NCBI RefSeq assembly: GCF_001194135.2
Contig: NC_068984.1
Span: 140,542,974-140,606,914 of the forward strand
DNA: 63,941 bases
Direction of reading: 5' to 3'
From: Octopus bimaculoides
Taxonomy: Eukaryota
Positions 1 through 12,602 of the stretch are shown here, piece by piece (within the stretch, counting starts at the first letter, position 1; each line of letters begins with the position of its first letter). Made by a program: the position numbers and the translations under genes. Below the pieces are notes generated by a model that was given only the letters and a program-made list of their open reading frames with translations, searched no databases and had not been told where the DNA came from.

Positions 1-99
1 ATATACTCTGTGTGTGTGCATATACATTTGTGTGTGTGTGTGCTTATAGACTTGTGTGTGTATGTATACATATACACGTATGTGTGTATACATATACAC

Positions 100-270
100 T
101 TGATGTGTGTGCGTGCATACATATGTATATACACTTGTGTGTGTATGTATATACACTTGTGTGTGTATGTATATACACTTGTGTGTGTATGTATATACAC
201 TTGTGTGTGTATGTATATACACTTGTGTGTGTATGCATATACACTTGTGTGTGTGTATGCATATACACTT
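100..270. repeat. 22-bp minisatellite (GTATATACACTTGTGTGTGTAT)n, about 7 units
   Basis: Direct reading of the tandem units; explains the spurious V/C/Y/I/H/T ORFs at 10-405. Confidence 0.9.
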
Positions 271-1216
271 GCATGTGTGTGGCACGTAAAAGCACCCACT
301 ACACTCTCGGAGTGGTTGGTGTTAGAAAGGGCATCCAGCTGTAGAAACTCTACCAAATCAAGTGATTCAATACAATTAGTCTTTAAATTACATCCAAGGA
401 GATAATCATCTTTATAAACTTGATAGCCTCCTGAAGTTTTTTCTGGTGTGAGTTAAACAGGAAGGACACTGACAGTTGTTATGCTATGTGACATCCATGC
501 CCACCTCAGTTGACCGATAGCTATGTTAAATGTGGTGATATCCTAAAAGTTATCTATTTGAATGAGGTAGTTGGTACATACGTCTAAGAATTTTAAATGA
601 AAAAAATCATTCCAACAAATATTTGCTGTGTAATAAAAAATTTGCTTCCCAACCACATGGTTCTAGGTTCAGTCCCACTGCATGGCACCTCGGGCAAACG
701 TTTAGTACCATAGATGGGCGAAATGGTGCTAACGAGCTAGCAGAATCATTAGCACGCCAAGCAAAATGCTTAGTGGTATTTCATCCGTCTTTACGTTCTG
801 AGTTCAAATTCCGCCAAGGTCGATTAAATAAGTATCAGTTATGCACTGGGGTCGATGTAATTGACTTAACCCCTTTGTCTGTCCTTGTTTGTCCCCTCTA
901 TGTTTAGCCCCTGTGGGCAATAAAGAAATATCGTTGGGTCAGCCTTGTTATCTACATGTTAAAAGACCATGTCTTTTACCATTATCCACTACTGCCACAA
1001 ATAGAACTTCAAACCAAGGACCTATTTCTTAGCAGCCCAACTTGTTCTCCCTCCCCATGCCCTTCCTGCAGCCATTAACTTGTTCAAAATCAAAATAACT
1101 GCATCAATTTCACCAATCTTGGAAGGTCTGCTAAGTCCCTAAACACTGTCCTTCTGACAAACTCGATCCTTGACCCATTACCATTCAGGTTACTCTGTCA
1201 ACTGGAATGCATATTT

Positions 1217-1441
1217 TCTTTTATTCTTTTATTTGTTTCAGTCATTTGACTGCGGCCATGCTGGAGCACCGCCTTTAGTTGAACAACTTGACCCCAGGAC
1301 TTATTCTTTGTAAGCCTAGTACTTATTCTGTCAGTTTATTTTGGCCAAACCTCTAGTTACGAGGACATAAAAGCACCAGCATCGGTTGTCAAGGAATGGT
1401 AGGGGAACAAACACGGACACAAATATATACATATATGAATG

Positions 1442-1477
<36 letters not shown>

Positions 1478-1600
1478 TGGCTTTCAGTTTCCATCTACCA
1501 AATTCACCCATGAAGCTTTGGTCAGCTCAAGACTATAGTAGAAGACACTTGCCCAAGGTGCCACGCAGTGAGACTGAACCTAGAACCATGTGGTTGGTAG
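1217..1600 (-). mobile_element. tRNA-derived SINE, family B (CORE-like ACCTTGGGCAAG block, internal TA/TG microsatellite)
   Basis: Same sequence as copies at 6141, 8521 and 12603; A/B-box-like head. Confidence 0.85.
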
Positions 1601-1810
1601 GCAAGCTGGCAGAATTGTTAGCAAGCTGGCGGTATTTCTTCTGCCGTTACTTTCTGAGTTCAAATTCTGCCGAGGTTGACTTTGCCTTTCATCTTTTTTG
1701 GGGGGGTCGATTAAATAAGTACCAGTTACGCACTGGAGTCGATGTAATCGACTTAATCCCTTTGTTTGCCCCACTATGTTTAGCCCCCTGTGAGCAATAA
1801 AAAAAAGAAA
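1601..1810 (+). mobile_element. tRNA-derived SINE, family A (GAGCTGGCAGAA...GAGTTCAAATTC...TTTGCCTTTCATCC...AAGTACCAGTT)
   Basis: More than 20 recognisable copies in the window. Confidence 0.85.
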
Positions 1811-2606
1811 AAATTTATTCACAATGTTTTAAATTAATCCTGTATTATCTTGGAAATTTGAGATTTTGGTGATGTGATTATCTCCAAAATGACATTGTAG
1901 GGTAGGTGTGAGAGACCAGAATATTTGGGCTGGAATATGGCCGGTTTAAATGCTACAGGGTTAAATGAAAGACGTATGTGATGTGATCATTATACCCTTA
2001 GATATTTGAACTAGTTTTCTTAGCTGCATACAGTCACATTGTGTGCTATCACACCCTCTGGTGTTCTTAAGGTGCCTCTTGTATTATCGGGGTATAATAA
2101 TGATAGTTTCTTCATCTCAGAAATTCAGATAAAATCAAGCAAGTGATGGGAGTAACAGAATTCTTGCCCCCACCTCTACCAAACTGTGATAAACTTATCT
2201 GATTAGAGAGAAAACTGTTGGTCTGTGTCAGCCGAAATCATCGTCCTTGTTTTAATGCCCACTTTTCCATGCTTGCATGGGTTGGAGAGAACTTGTTGAG
2301 GTAGGTTTGCTTATGGCCAGATGCTCTTCCTGTCACAGTCTCTCATCTGTTTCCACGTAAGATGATAATTTCCCGTGATCAGACATGCTTCTATAGATTA
2401 AAAACAAAGGGTGCTGCTTGCATGATGGTGCCACTCATCTCGCGGTCAAAACAAAGAGATAGTAATACACACACATACACACATGTAAATGTACATACAT
2501 CTACCTAAGTGACTCACAGGGCTTTGGTCAGCTTGAGGCTATTGTAGAAAGCACTTGCCCAAGGTGCCATGCTGTAGGACTGAACTTGGAACTATGTGGT
2601 TAAAAA

Positions 2607-2876
2607 CAGGGTTGTGGAGTCGAAACAAAAATCTCTGATTCTGACTCCTGTACTATTGGCACCCCCAATTCTGACTCTGACTCCTCTTTACTGAATTAAC
2701 TGATTTGGGTCACCATATCTCATAAAGCATATACATACGCTTGTACTTTGAGTCAGCCTATATGTTATAACTGGTTTATATTAAAGAATAAAGATATTGT
2801 GAGTCGGAATCAGTCGGTATAGTTTTACTGACTCCAGCTACCCCTTAATAGTTTCCGATTCCGACTCCTCAGCCCT
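2607..2876. mobile_element. MITE with terminal inverted repeats CAGGGTTGTGGAGTCG / CGACTCCTCAGCCCT and internal GACTCC sub-repeats (hAT-like, tentative)
   Basis: Terminal inverted repeats visible; interrupts a SINE B head; TTAAAAA on both sides. Confidence 0.6.
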
Positions 2877-3597
2877 TAAATTAAAAAGCAAACTTCTTAC
2901 CACACAGTCACATCTATGCTCTTAAACAGTGATTCTCAATCATTTTGTACATATAGATCCCTTTAATTGCTGTTTTACTCTTAGCCATCTGATGTTTTAA
3001 CCCTTTCATTACAGTATTTATTTTGAGATTCTCTGTTTCTTTCAATTACTTTAAATATAACAAAGAATTTAGTCAAATAACTTAATTATTATTAAGCTAG
3101 TGTTTCATTTCAGCATTTATGAACACTGTATCGAGATGATAGACTTTGCTGAACCTTTGTTTTAATAAAATGGATATATGAAAGACTTTTGTCTAGTAAA
3201 ATAAATTTCAGAGGGGAAAGTGCATTGTACCATTTAATTACAGGGGATTTCTCATGACTTAGCATTTGCCTGTAGAAAAATGATTATACTTATAATGTGA
3301 GAAGACTTATATCTGAAAGATGTATTTCGGGGTTGAAGTAGAACATTCTTAAGATGTATACAAGATTATATATCTTACAAATAAGATAGGTTGGATGAGT
3401 GTGAGAGGGTGTGCCTGTGTTTTTTGATAGGTGTGGCTGTGTGATATAGAAGTTTGCTTCACAGCCATGAGGTTTTAGGTTCAGTCCCTGCACTTGGAGT
3501 AGTGCCCTCTGTTATAGCCCTGGTTTAACTAATCAATTCCTTGAGTGCATTTGGTAAACAGATACTGGAGGTGGTGTGTGTGTGTAAACTTAATAAT

Positions 3598-3815
3598 AAT
3601 CCTTTCTACTATAGGCACAAGGCCTGAAATTTGGTGGCAGAGGACTAGTAGATTACATCGATCCCAGTACTCTAACTGGTACTTAATTTATCGACCCTGA
3701 AAAGATGAAAGGTAACGTCAGTCTTGGCAGAATTTGAACTCAGAATGTAGCGATGAACGAAATACTGCTAAGGATTTCATTCAGCATGCTAATGATTATG
3801 CTAGCTCATTGCCTT
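3598..3815 (-). mobile_element. SINE family A (variant tail AGGCCTTGTGCCTATAGTAGAAAGG)
   Basis: Reverse complement of the family A consensus seen elsewhere in the window. Confidence 0.85.
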
Positions 3816-3828
3816 AATGGTGATGAAG

Positions 3829-3859
<31 letters not shown>

Positions 3860-3860
3860 A

Positions 3861-4353
3861 GCTCTATATTTAAGAGATGAGGAATTATGTACATTATTTA
3901 CATTTGACAGATATTTGTCCTCATCTTGTTTGTTATTAACACAACGTTTCGGCTGATATACCCTCCAGCCTTCATCAGGTGTCTTGGGGAAATTTCGAAC
4001 CTCTGCTCTCATTCCTAAGGTATTTTTCAATATTATTATTATTCAGGCCATTACCTGGAATCAAACTTGGAATCTTGGGGTTAGTAGTCCGTGCTCTTAA
4101 CCACTATGCCATATGCCCGTGGGTAGTGGTTAAGAGTGAAGGCTACTAACCCCAAGATTCCAAGTTTGATTCCAGGCAGTGACCTGAATAGTGATAATAA
4201 TATTAATAATATCGAAAAAGACCTTAGGAATGAGAGCCCAGGTTCGAGATTTCCCCAAGACACCTGATGAAGGCTGGAGGGTATATCAGCCGAAATGTTG
4301 TGTTAACAACAAACAAGATGAGGACAAATATCCGTCAAATGTAAATAATAATG
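3861..4353. mobile_element. Fold-back (head-to-head) element: tRNA-like head + (AAT)n + Penelope-type hammerhead-bearing tail on each arm
   Basis: About 3896-4105 is the reverse complement of about 4124-4347; relatives at 18364 and 25209. Confidence 0.75.
3938..3983 (-). ncRNA. Minimal type-I hammerhead ribozyme motif (Penelope-like)
   Basis: Minus strand reads GACAC-CUGAUGA-A-GGCUG-(10-nt loop)-CAGCC-GAAA-CGUU-GUGUU: core, 5-bp stem II, palindromic ACGU stem III, 5-bp stem I. Confidence 0.65.
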
Positions 4354-4399
4354 TTCATCCACCACTGTTGACAATGACCAGGGCATCATGTGGGAGAAG

Positions 4400-4880
4400 A
4401 TGAACCACAGTGTGTCCAGCTGTGGCCAATCAGGTCAGTGTGTGCTCAGAAGGTTCTGCTGCAGGTCAGACACTGGTGGTCTGCTGGGAATGAAGGCAAG
4501 GATTTGTGCAGCTCACATTTTCTTTAAGCTTCTTCAATTCTGTTAAGCAATGGCACCTCTGTTGGTGCAGTTATGCCAGGCAGGGCAATCCTGTGCTTAC
4601 CTGAAAGCACTTCAGGGAGGCTCTGCATATATCTTTGAAACACTTTTTCTGCCCACCTTGTGTGCGCATTCCTTCTAACAATTCACTGCAAAACAGTCTT
4701 TTGGGTAGTCATGTATCAGACATTTGAACACAAGGTGGCCTGCCCACCTGACCTGCGTTCTCCTCAGCAGCGTGTAAATGTTTGGCAGATCAGCTCTCGA
4801 GAGGAGCTCTATGTCTGGGACCTTGTCTTGCCAGGTGATTTTTTTCCAACAGCTTTCTCGGACAGTTCATGTAGAAGTGG
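4400..4880 (-). mobile_element. RTE (BovB-like) LINE 3' fragment, decayed
   Basis: Minus-strand translation with stops and frameshifts: ITWQDKVPDIELLSRADLPNIYTLLRRTQVRWAGH...LPKRLF.SEL.EG.R.QGGQKK.FKD and C-terminal CLTCSRTF.AH.DLIGH. Confidence 0.85.
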
Positions 4881-5075
4881 TTTAGTGATACTAATAACCA
4901 GTTGTTAGAACTCATTATACTTTAGAGTAAAGCATTAGGCTAGTACAGAGTGTAATATGAATGAATGAATGACAAATTACAGGAATTATGTAATCACATA
5001 AAAATAGGCAATCACATTGTTGTAATCTTGAAGCTATAAGAATTCATGATTAACTCAACACAATGTGAATAAATC

Positions 5076-5567
5076 GAAATTGAACCAAATTTGATGACTG
5101 GCACCCATGCTAGTGGAGTGCTAATAGCACCATCTGAGTTGGATCACTGCCAGAGCAGCTGTCTGGTTTCCATGCCAGTGGCACGTAAAAAGCACCATTT
5201 GAGTGTGATTGTTACCAGCATCACCTTATTGGCACTTTTGCTGGTGGCACGTGAACAAAGCATTCGAGCGAGGTCGTTGCCAGTGCCGCTGGACTGACTC
5301 CTCTGCAGGTGGCACGTAAAAAAAACACTATTTGAGCGTGGCCGTTGCCAGTACCGCATGACTGGCCCCGTGCCTGTGGCACGTAAAAAGCACCCACTAC
5401 ACTCTCTGAGTGGTTGGCATTAGGAAGGGCATCCAGCTGTAGAAACTCTGCCAGATCAGATTGGAGCCTGGTGCAGCCATTTGGTTCGCCAGTCCTCAGT
5501 CAAATTGTGTAACCCATGCTAGCATGGAAAGCGGACGTTAAACGACGATGATGATGATGATGATGAT
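5076..5567 (+). mobile_element. RTE-associated 3' tail element (family C) ending in (GAT)n, with four internal ~66-bp units
   Basis: The same tail is joined to RTE coding sequence at 50668-51490; close antisense copies at 41643 and 45990. Confidence 0.8.
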
Positions 5568-5729
5568 TTGAGAGACTGATCGGAATGCTAAAGGGTTAAA
5601 TTATTGTTTTGGTCTTCAAATTTAAATGTGTGTGAGAAGTTCTCAACTGTCCTCTACATGGTTGTTTGACTTGCTAGAAATAGCAACCCAAATCTAAAAA
5701 AAATTAAACCTTACAACAATTGCCAAAAT

Positions 5730-6034
5730 GTATCTTTGTTGTGTCTTATCTATAGGTATTTCCATGGTTATTGCTCTGATGAACTTTGTGCTCTACTACC
5801 ATCTGCCAACACCATCAAACCTGTCACCTGCTTCTCTTCCCAGGCACATCGTTTCTTTGTTGAGATTCCTGTTAGTCTGCAGTCTTTTTATTCTAATAAC
5901 TTTTCTTGGACTGTTGCTCGCAGGAACCCACTTTCATTGTCTTGTTTTCTATCAATCAACATCTTTTGAATTTATAGGTCCCTTTGCCTTCTTTGTGGTC
6001 CCTTCTGCTACAATGGCCTCAAGACTTGTTTGGG

Positions 6035-6072
<38 letters not shown>
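5730..6072 (+). mobile_element. CR1-group LINE 3' end with probable poly(A) tail
   Basis: LIYRYFHGYCSDEL...SQAH.F.VEIP resembles CR1-type ORF2 C-termini; about 35 A at 6038-6072. Confidence 0.65.
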
Positions 6073-6074
<2 letters not shown>

Positions 6075-6140
6075 AAATTTAAGCAAAATAAAGTGGATGA
6101 GAACACATTGGCTAAATGGTAAATGGAATCTGAAATCCAT

Positions 6141-6516
6141 TACTCTCTTTTACTTGTTTCAGTCATTTGACTGTGGCCATGCTGGAGCACCACCTTTAGT
6201 CGAGCAAATCGACCCCAGGACTTATTCTTTGTAAGCCTAGTACTTATTCTATCGGTCTCTCTTGCTGAACCGCTAAGTTATGGGGACGTAAACACACCAC
6301 CATCGTTTGTCAAGCGATGTTGGGGGCACAAACACACACACAAACATACGCATATACATATATACGACGAGCTTCTTTCAGCTTCCATCTACCAAATCCA
6401 CTCATAAGGCTTTGGTCGGCCCGAAACTATAGTAGAAAACACTTGCCCAAGGTGCCACGCAGTGGGACTGAACCGGGAACCATGTGGTTCGTAAGCAAGC
6501 TACTTACCACACAGCC
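6141..6516 (-). mobile_element. SINE family B, near full length
   Basis: Matches copies at 8521 and 12603. Confidence 0.9.
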
Positions 6517-6638
6517 AAAAAAAAAAAAGGATAGTCATGACTTGAATACCTTTCCATGATAAGCCTGCTCGATCAGGATTGATCTGAGGTTAAATGACGA
6601 TGAAGTAGGCTAGAGTTAATTTCAAGCAGGAAATTGTT

Positions 6639-6853
6639 TATTTCTTTATTGCCCACAGGGGGCGAAACATAGAGAGGACAAAGGGATTAAGTTGATTAAA
6701 TCGACCCCAGTGCGTAACTGGTACTTAATTTATCAACCCCGAAAGGATAAAAGGCAAAGTTGACCTCTGCGGAATTTGAACTCAGAACGTAACGTCAGAA
6801 GAAATATCGCTAGGCATTTCACCCGGCATGCTAATGATTCTGCCAGCTCGTTG
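6639..6853 (-). mobile_element. SINE family A
   Basis: Matches the family consensus in the window. Confidence 0.88.
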
Positions 6854-8520
6854 CTCTATTAGTTTATTGATAGTGTTTAATGTGAAGGTCAGTCTTGCTT
6901 GAGCAGACTTATGTTCAAAGGATTTTCAGTTATGATTACCCTGTCTTTTCCTGGTCCTTTGTCCCCGTCCCCTTTACATTCAACCCCTTTGTCCTAGGAG
7001 ATATCCTGACACCTCATCACCACCATCTTCTCTCCTTTGCCAGTTGGGGAGCAGCCATGTATTTTGTTTACAGCAAGACCCCTGTTCCTATCCCTCCATT
7101 GTACTCTAACCTCTCAACCCCTGGTAGAAGCCGCCTCCCTCAATCCTACACCCATTGCAATCAAGGGGTCTTGCCTTGCAAGCTACTTGGTAATGCCATT
7201 AGTGCCTGTGACATGGAGAAGCACCCAGTACACTGTAAAGTGGTTGACATTAGAAAGGGCATCTCACTGTAGAAATCATGCCAAAACAGCTGTTGGAGTT
7301 TGACAGTCGTCTGACCTGTCAGATCCTGTCAACTTATCCAACCCATACAAGCGTGGGACACAGGCGTTAAATGATGAGGGTGAGATAAATGTATCTAAGA
7401 CTTTATGATTGAACTATCCTGTTTTACAGATGTCTGCATGATCTGAGGGAGGTTTTGCTGCTATTTATAGCAGGCAGTGTGACTACTTACAACAGTGGCC
7501 CCCTTCTTTTGCACTACAAAACCCCTCTTTTTGATTAAACTAATTTTCACATGGACACCTGGTTATTGAAAGGTCTGTCTACTCAGTAATTATTTTGCCT
7601 GACAACAAACTCGTTTTCCCAGTTTCATCTCTTAGTTGAAAGATATATGCAACTGAATAATTAACTGAGTAATTATACATTTTATACTGTTGCATTTTAA
7701 AATTTTGAACTTGGTTCGTGGACAGCCAGGTGTTTGCAGACCCCGCCCCCACCAGGTTGGGACGTATAGATTTAGAATTTCTCTCACAAAGGAGTGGTTT
7801 GTGCTTTGAGCGGAATTGGAAATATGGTGTCTTGCTCATTGTTTGCGGCCATGCTGGAGCACCACTCTGAAGTGTTTTCTGTTGAATAATTCAACCCCAG
7901 GGTTTATTTTTAAGTCTAGTACTTATTCCATCAGTCTCCTTACCAGATCAACTCAGAGGGCTTTGGTTGGCCTGAGGCTGTAGTAGAAGACACTCGTCCA
8001 AGGTGCCATGCATTGGGACTGAACTCACAACCGTGTAGTTTAGAAGCAAGCTTCTTACCACACAGCCATACTTGCACCTATGATTATTTTTATTCTTAGA
8101 TTTTATGGGTCTGCAATTAAGAAGTTTGCTTCTCAACCATGTGGTCATGGGTTCTGCAGCTCGGGCAAGTGTCTTCTACTATAGCCCTAGGCAGACCTAT
8201 GCGTGGTGAGTGAATTTAATAGAAGGAAACTGTAGAAGCTTGTTTGTGTTTCTCATTGCCGCTTGGCAACCATTGTTAGTTTGTTTTTGTTCTCATAACT
8301 TAGTGGGTTGGCAAGAAAGATCAATAAAATAAGTCCTAGACTTACAAAAAGAAAAAATACTGGGGTGAGGTGGGGCAATTTGTTGAACTAAAACCTTCAT
8401 GGCAGTGCTCCAGCATGGCAGTGCTCCAGCATGGCTGCATTCTTGTGACTGAAACTAGTAGTGTGTGTATAATGGGATAATTCTTATGAGGTCAGCAAAC
8501 AAAAGAAAAAACTATATATA

Positions 8521-8910
8521 GGAGTGGCTATGTGGCAAGTAGCTTGCTTACTAACCACATGGTTCTGGGTTCAATTCCACTGCGTGGTAACTTGGGCAAG
8601 TGTCTGCTATAGCCTCGGGCTGACCAGGACCTTGTGAGTGGATTTGGTGGATGGAAACTGAAAGAAGCCCATCGTATATATATATATATAATATATATAT
8701 GTTTGTGTGTCTGTGTTTGTCCCCCCACCATCACTTGACAACCGATGTTGGTGTGTTTACATCCCCGTAACTTAGCAGTTCGGCAAAAGACACCGATAGA
8801 ATAAGTACTAGGCTTACAAAGAATAAGACCTGGAGTCGATTTGTTTGACTAAAGGCGGTGCTCCAGCATGGCCGCAGTCAAATGACTGAAACAAATAAAA
8901 GAATAAAAGA
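8521..8910 (+). mobile_element. SINE family B, full length
   Basis: tRNA-like head GGAGTGGCTATGTGG...GGTTCAATTCC, CORE-like block, tail GACTGAAACAAATAAAAGA. Confidence 0.9.
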
Positions 8911-11900
8911 ATATATACAAATATTCCATATTTTTCATGTATTTTATACTATTTTGTTATTGGTTTGTTTTATTTTTTCCGCCAAAAGTATACAAACTTA
9001 TATCTTCCCCGACCCTTCATAAAAAAAAGAATGAAATAAAAATCAATAAAATAAGCAAAACAAAAGATTATTCCGAGGAACAGTGAGTCTCCTAGCATAT
9101 ATAGCTATAAATAGCAGCATGCAAATATTGCACTAAAAGCCCATTGGATAGTAAAAAGTTAAAGGCTGCCTGTCAAAAGAAAAATTATGAGAAAAAACCC
9201 CGCTCTGCATTTATGATAATTACCCAAAAGATCAAACTTCTTTAGCAACCATAAGCTTATGATATTCATAACAGTATTTATGCCATCGGACCATAGAAAT
9301 GAATATTATTCCGTCAGTCAGTCAGTCATAAGCCTTTTTTGTGTGTGTTCCAACTCCCCTCAATCCTGGCCAACAGTGCAACCTGCCTGCTAATACCATT
9401 GTCATGGTTCACATTATGTTCATATGATGGGCGGGAATTCATATGTATTGTCTGTGTAATGGTGTGGGTGGGTGTTTGTAATGGGTCTGGGTAGTGTGCT
9501 TGGTCTGCGGAGAGGGTGTGTGTGTGTGTGTGTGTGTGTTATACGAGAAAGTAAGTAGTTTTTTTTTTCTTTTCGTCCTTGTTCACTATCCTTGTGTGGA
9601 GGGAGTGATGACATAGATCTTTTATCTTTTACTTGTTTTGGTCATTGGACTGTGGCCATACTGGGGCAGCACCTTAATGGTTTTAGTTGAATAAATTGAT
9701 CCCAGTACTTATTTAAAACAAAAAATTTTTTTCTAAGCCTGGTACTTATTCTATTGGTCGGTCTACTTTTGCCAAACTACCAAGGGGATGTAAACAAACT
9801 ACCACCTGTTAAGTAGTTGTGGGGGCAAATGCAAACACATACATATATATAGATGTTTAAGAATCTGTAAGTTGGAAAAATATGCATCCATTATGGCCGA
9901 TCTTACTAATCGGTTTCGCACAGGGTATTAAGCCAAATGTTTTATAATAACACAGTTAAGTAACACCATGTGTTTGTCAGAGCAGGCAAATATGGTAAAA
10001 AATAGGACAACAGTTCTGTGTTATTGGAGATGAAAAAAAAAAGACATCTACTTGTGAGTGCTGTGGAAAAACATGAACTGAATAGGGGTTATATCAAGAA
10101 TTATGTCCCTTGACCCCAAAGGTCTCCAAGAAACTGTATATGAGAGTTTTCTGAAAATGTGTGTAGGAGTTATGGATTGGTATTTATAGCATCTCAAATA
10201 CTTATGTCAGGGACATAACACTTGGTTTAACCCCTCTTTAGTTTGTTTTCTCTTTTCTCACAGCACCTACAGACCAGATACGTTTTTTTTCACTTCCAGT
10301 ATCGGAGCAGTTTCCATATCTTTTTTCCATACCTGCTAGCTCTGATGAGCATGTGGCATACTTAATTGTGCTGTTATCTAACATCTGGTTTAATACCCGG
10401 TGCGAAAGTGATTGGTAAGATAGGCTGTAATGGATAATTAATACTGTGCATTTTGATTGATTAATTAATTAATTAATATATACATATATAAACTATAGGC
10501 TTTCAATTTGCTCAATCAAATCCATTCATAAAGCTTTGGTTGAGCCAGCGTTTGTGGAAGACCTTTGTCCAAGGTACCATGCAGTAGGACTGAACTGGGA
10601 ACCATGTGGTTGAGAACTGACTTTCTCACCACACAGGCATGCCTGTGCTTACAGTTACACTGTATATAGTGAGGATAGATGGATTAAATATATATACATA
10701 TTGACCTGGTAGTTGATTATAATTTGCAAAATATATTTTCTCATCAATAAAAACTTTAAAAAAGAACCTGTTTTATCCTCAGCTGTTACCGCTTTCATTA
10801 TCTACCTTTTAGTTTCTCTCTTGACAGTATGAATGTACAGGTGTGTGTGTGTGTGTGTGTTGATGTACCTGTAACTAGTTATAGCAAAATGTTTTTAGAG
10901 CATGAAAGAGACCTCTATCCTTATCACAGGTGTTTGGCACCAAAATAACACTGTCAAATGAATTAGTGATAAAGGAATCGTAGAACATAAGGGAAAAGAG
11001 GTTTGGTTCAGAGACCCCCAAGTTGTCTCCAGTTTATCCAGATTACACCTCCAAAGAGCTTTTAGATACACATGATTTGGTTTCATGTTTGGAAAAATAT
11101 TTCAAGTAAAATTTACTAACATATGATCAGTAAATAAAAAAAAAAAAACCCCTGAAAATAATAAGTAGAATCTTTTATAGTTGACACGTGTTATCTGTGG
11201 TATGGTGGTGGGGGCACAATTCCCTACCTTCTGGGTTCTCTTACAGTGTTGATCCTTTCCAGCTGGGATCTATCTGTAGGAACCCTACCCACCTGACCTC
11301 TGGCCAAAACCTAACAACAGATTCCCTCAACTCGTGTTGCCATACATGTCTATCCCATACGACAGCCCCAAGGTGAAAGAGGTCCATGCTGGTCATGCTT
11401 CCACTCACATGACCTTCCTCACTCCTCTTCTTCCAGCAAGGCCCCTCAGCTGACCCTATACTTCTGGCCCTTTTCAGCCCCACAGTATCATAGTTTGTGA
11501 TGAATGCAACACAGTTCACACTTGATTGTAGCATGTTATTCTGGACCAGTGATGAATGAATCTGTGATAAACGAGGATAGATGCTTTTAATTCAACTCAT
11601 AACTGATTCTTCATCAATGTCAGACATGCTTAGCGGTATTTCGTCTGCCATTACGTTCTGAGTTCAAATTCCGCCGAGGTCGACTTTGCCTTTCATCCTT
11701 TCGGGGTCAATAAATTAAGTACCAGTTATGCATTGGGGTAGATGTAATCGACTTAATCCCCTCGTTTGTCCCCTCTATGTTTAGCCCCTTGTGGGCAATA
11801 AAGAAATAAGACATGTAGAGACAGTTGACTTTTTGCATGAATTGAATTTAGAAGAATGAGGTTTGCAATTTAGCACCCTAAAATATCTAATCAGCCCTTT

Positions 11901-12189
11901 ATTAGCATCTGTGCCAAACTTGATAGAAAATAATTCCTTACAATTTCCCATCTCATCTCATATCTCAGTTGATCCAATAAGATTTATTAATAGAACACAA
12001 AGAAGATAACAACACGATATGTAAGCAAACATGTTTGTTTTTGAAGTGCTGAAATGTATTGTAGTACAAGTAGAAAGATATATTTTTTTCCAATGCTTAA
12101 GTACTGATAGGAGATCATATATCAGATGTATATCCTATATATGCTGTTCTGTCAGTATTTACAAAGACGATACATTTTGATGACACGTT

Positions 12190-12345
12190 CATAATACTGG
12201 AGCTGTGACCTCTCAGTGTGGTGAAATAGTGGAGAGACTCCCTGATCTTCAAGCTATGCACCCTGTTAAGTAACAGTCCTCCAAAGACCCTTCAGAGGAA
12301 CCTCATTTTGGCCAGTTGCATTTGCGATCGTACTTTGTCATTACT
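12190..12345 (-). mobile_element. RTE LINE fragment
   Basis: Minus strand reads VLSNDKVRSQMQLAKMRFL*RVFG.LL.NRVHSLKIRESL, resembling RTE post-RT RSRIQAAEMGFLRRV. Confidence 0.55.
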
Positions 12346-12602
12346 CAACATTCATGAGTATTGGTGTGGTTAGGCAGGGAAACTAAACTGAAGATAGCAA
12401 GTTTGGTTTTGCTTTGTTTTTTTTTTAATAACCTCTTCCCTTCTGACGATTGAATTCTGGAGCTGCTGGTGCATTATTATGCTGGCACCTGCATTTTCAG
12501 CATCCAGTTGATTAACCAACATATCACTAATTTGTTTATTTGGTAAACCTGATGAGTTGAGAGTTGAATAATATATATAATTTTATGGACATTGTAGGCA
12601 TA

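Noticed and set aside
10-405. Overlapping V/C/Y/H/T-rich ORFs
   Set aside because: Translation of a mini/microsatellite
5178-5395. CRISPR-like repeat-spacer look
   Set aside because: Eukaryotic context, the spacers are homologous to one another, the block recurs inside dispersed retroelement tails, and there are no cas genes
5952-6140. Poly-Phe / poly-Lys ORFs
   Set aside because: Caused by the A run, best read as a LINE tail
10828-10840. 13-nt micro-exon candidate with ATG (ttgacag|TATGAATGTACAG|gtgtgt)
   Set aside because: Weak donor inside a (GT)n tract; both ATGs give phase 0 or 2, incompatible with the phase-1 acceptor at 21226
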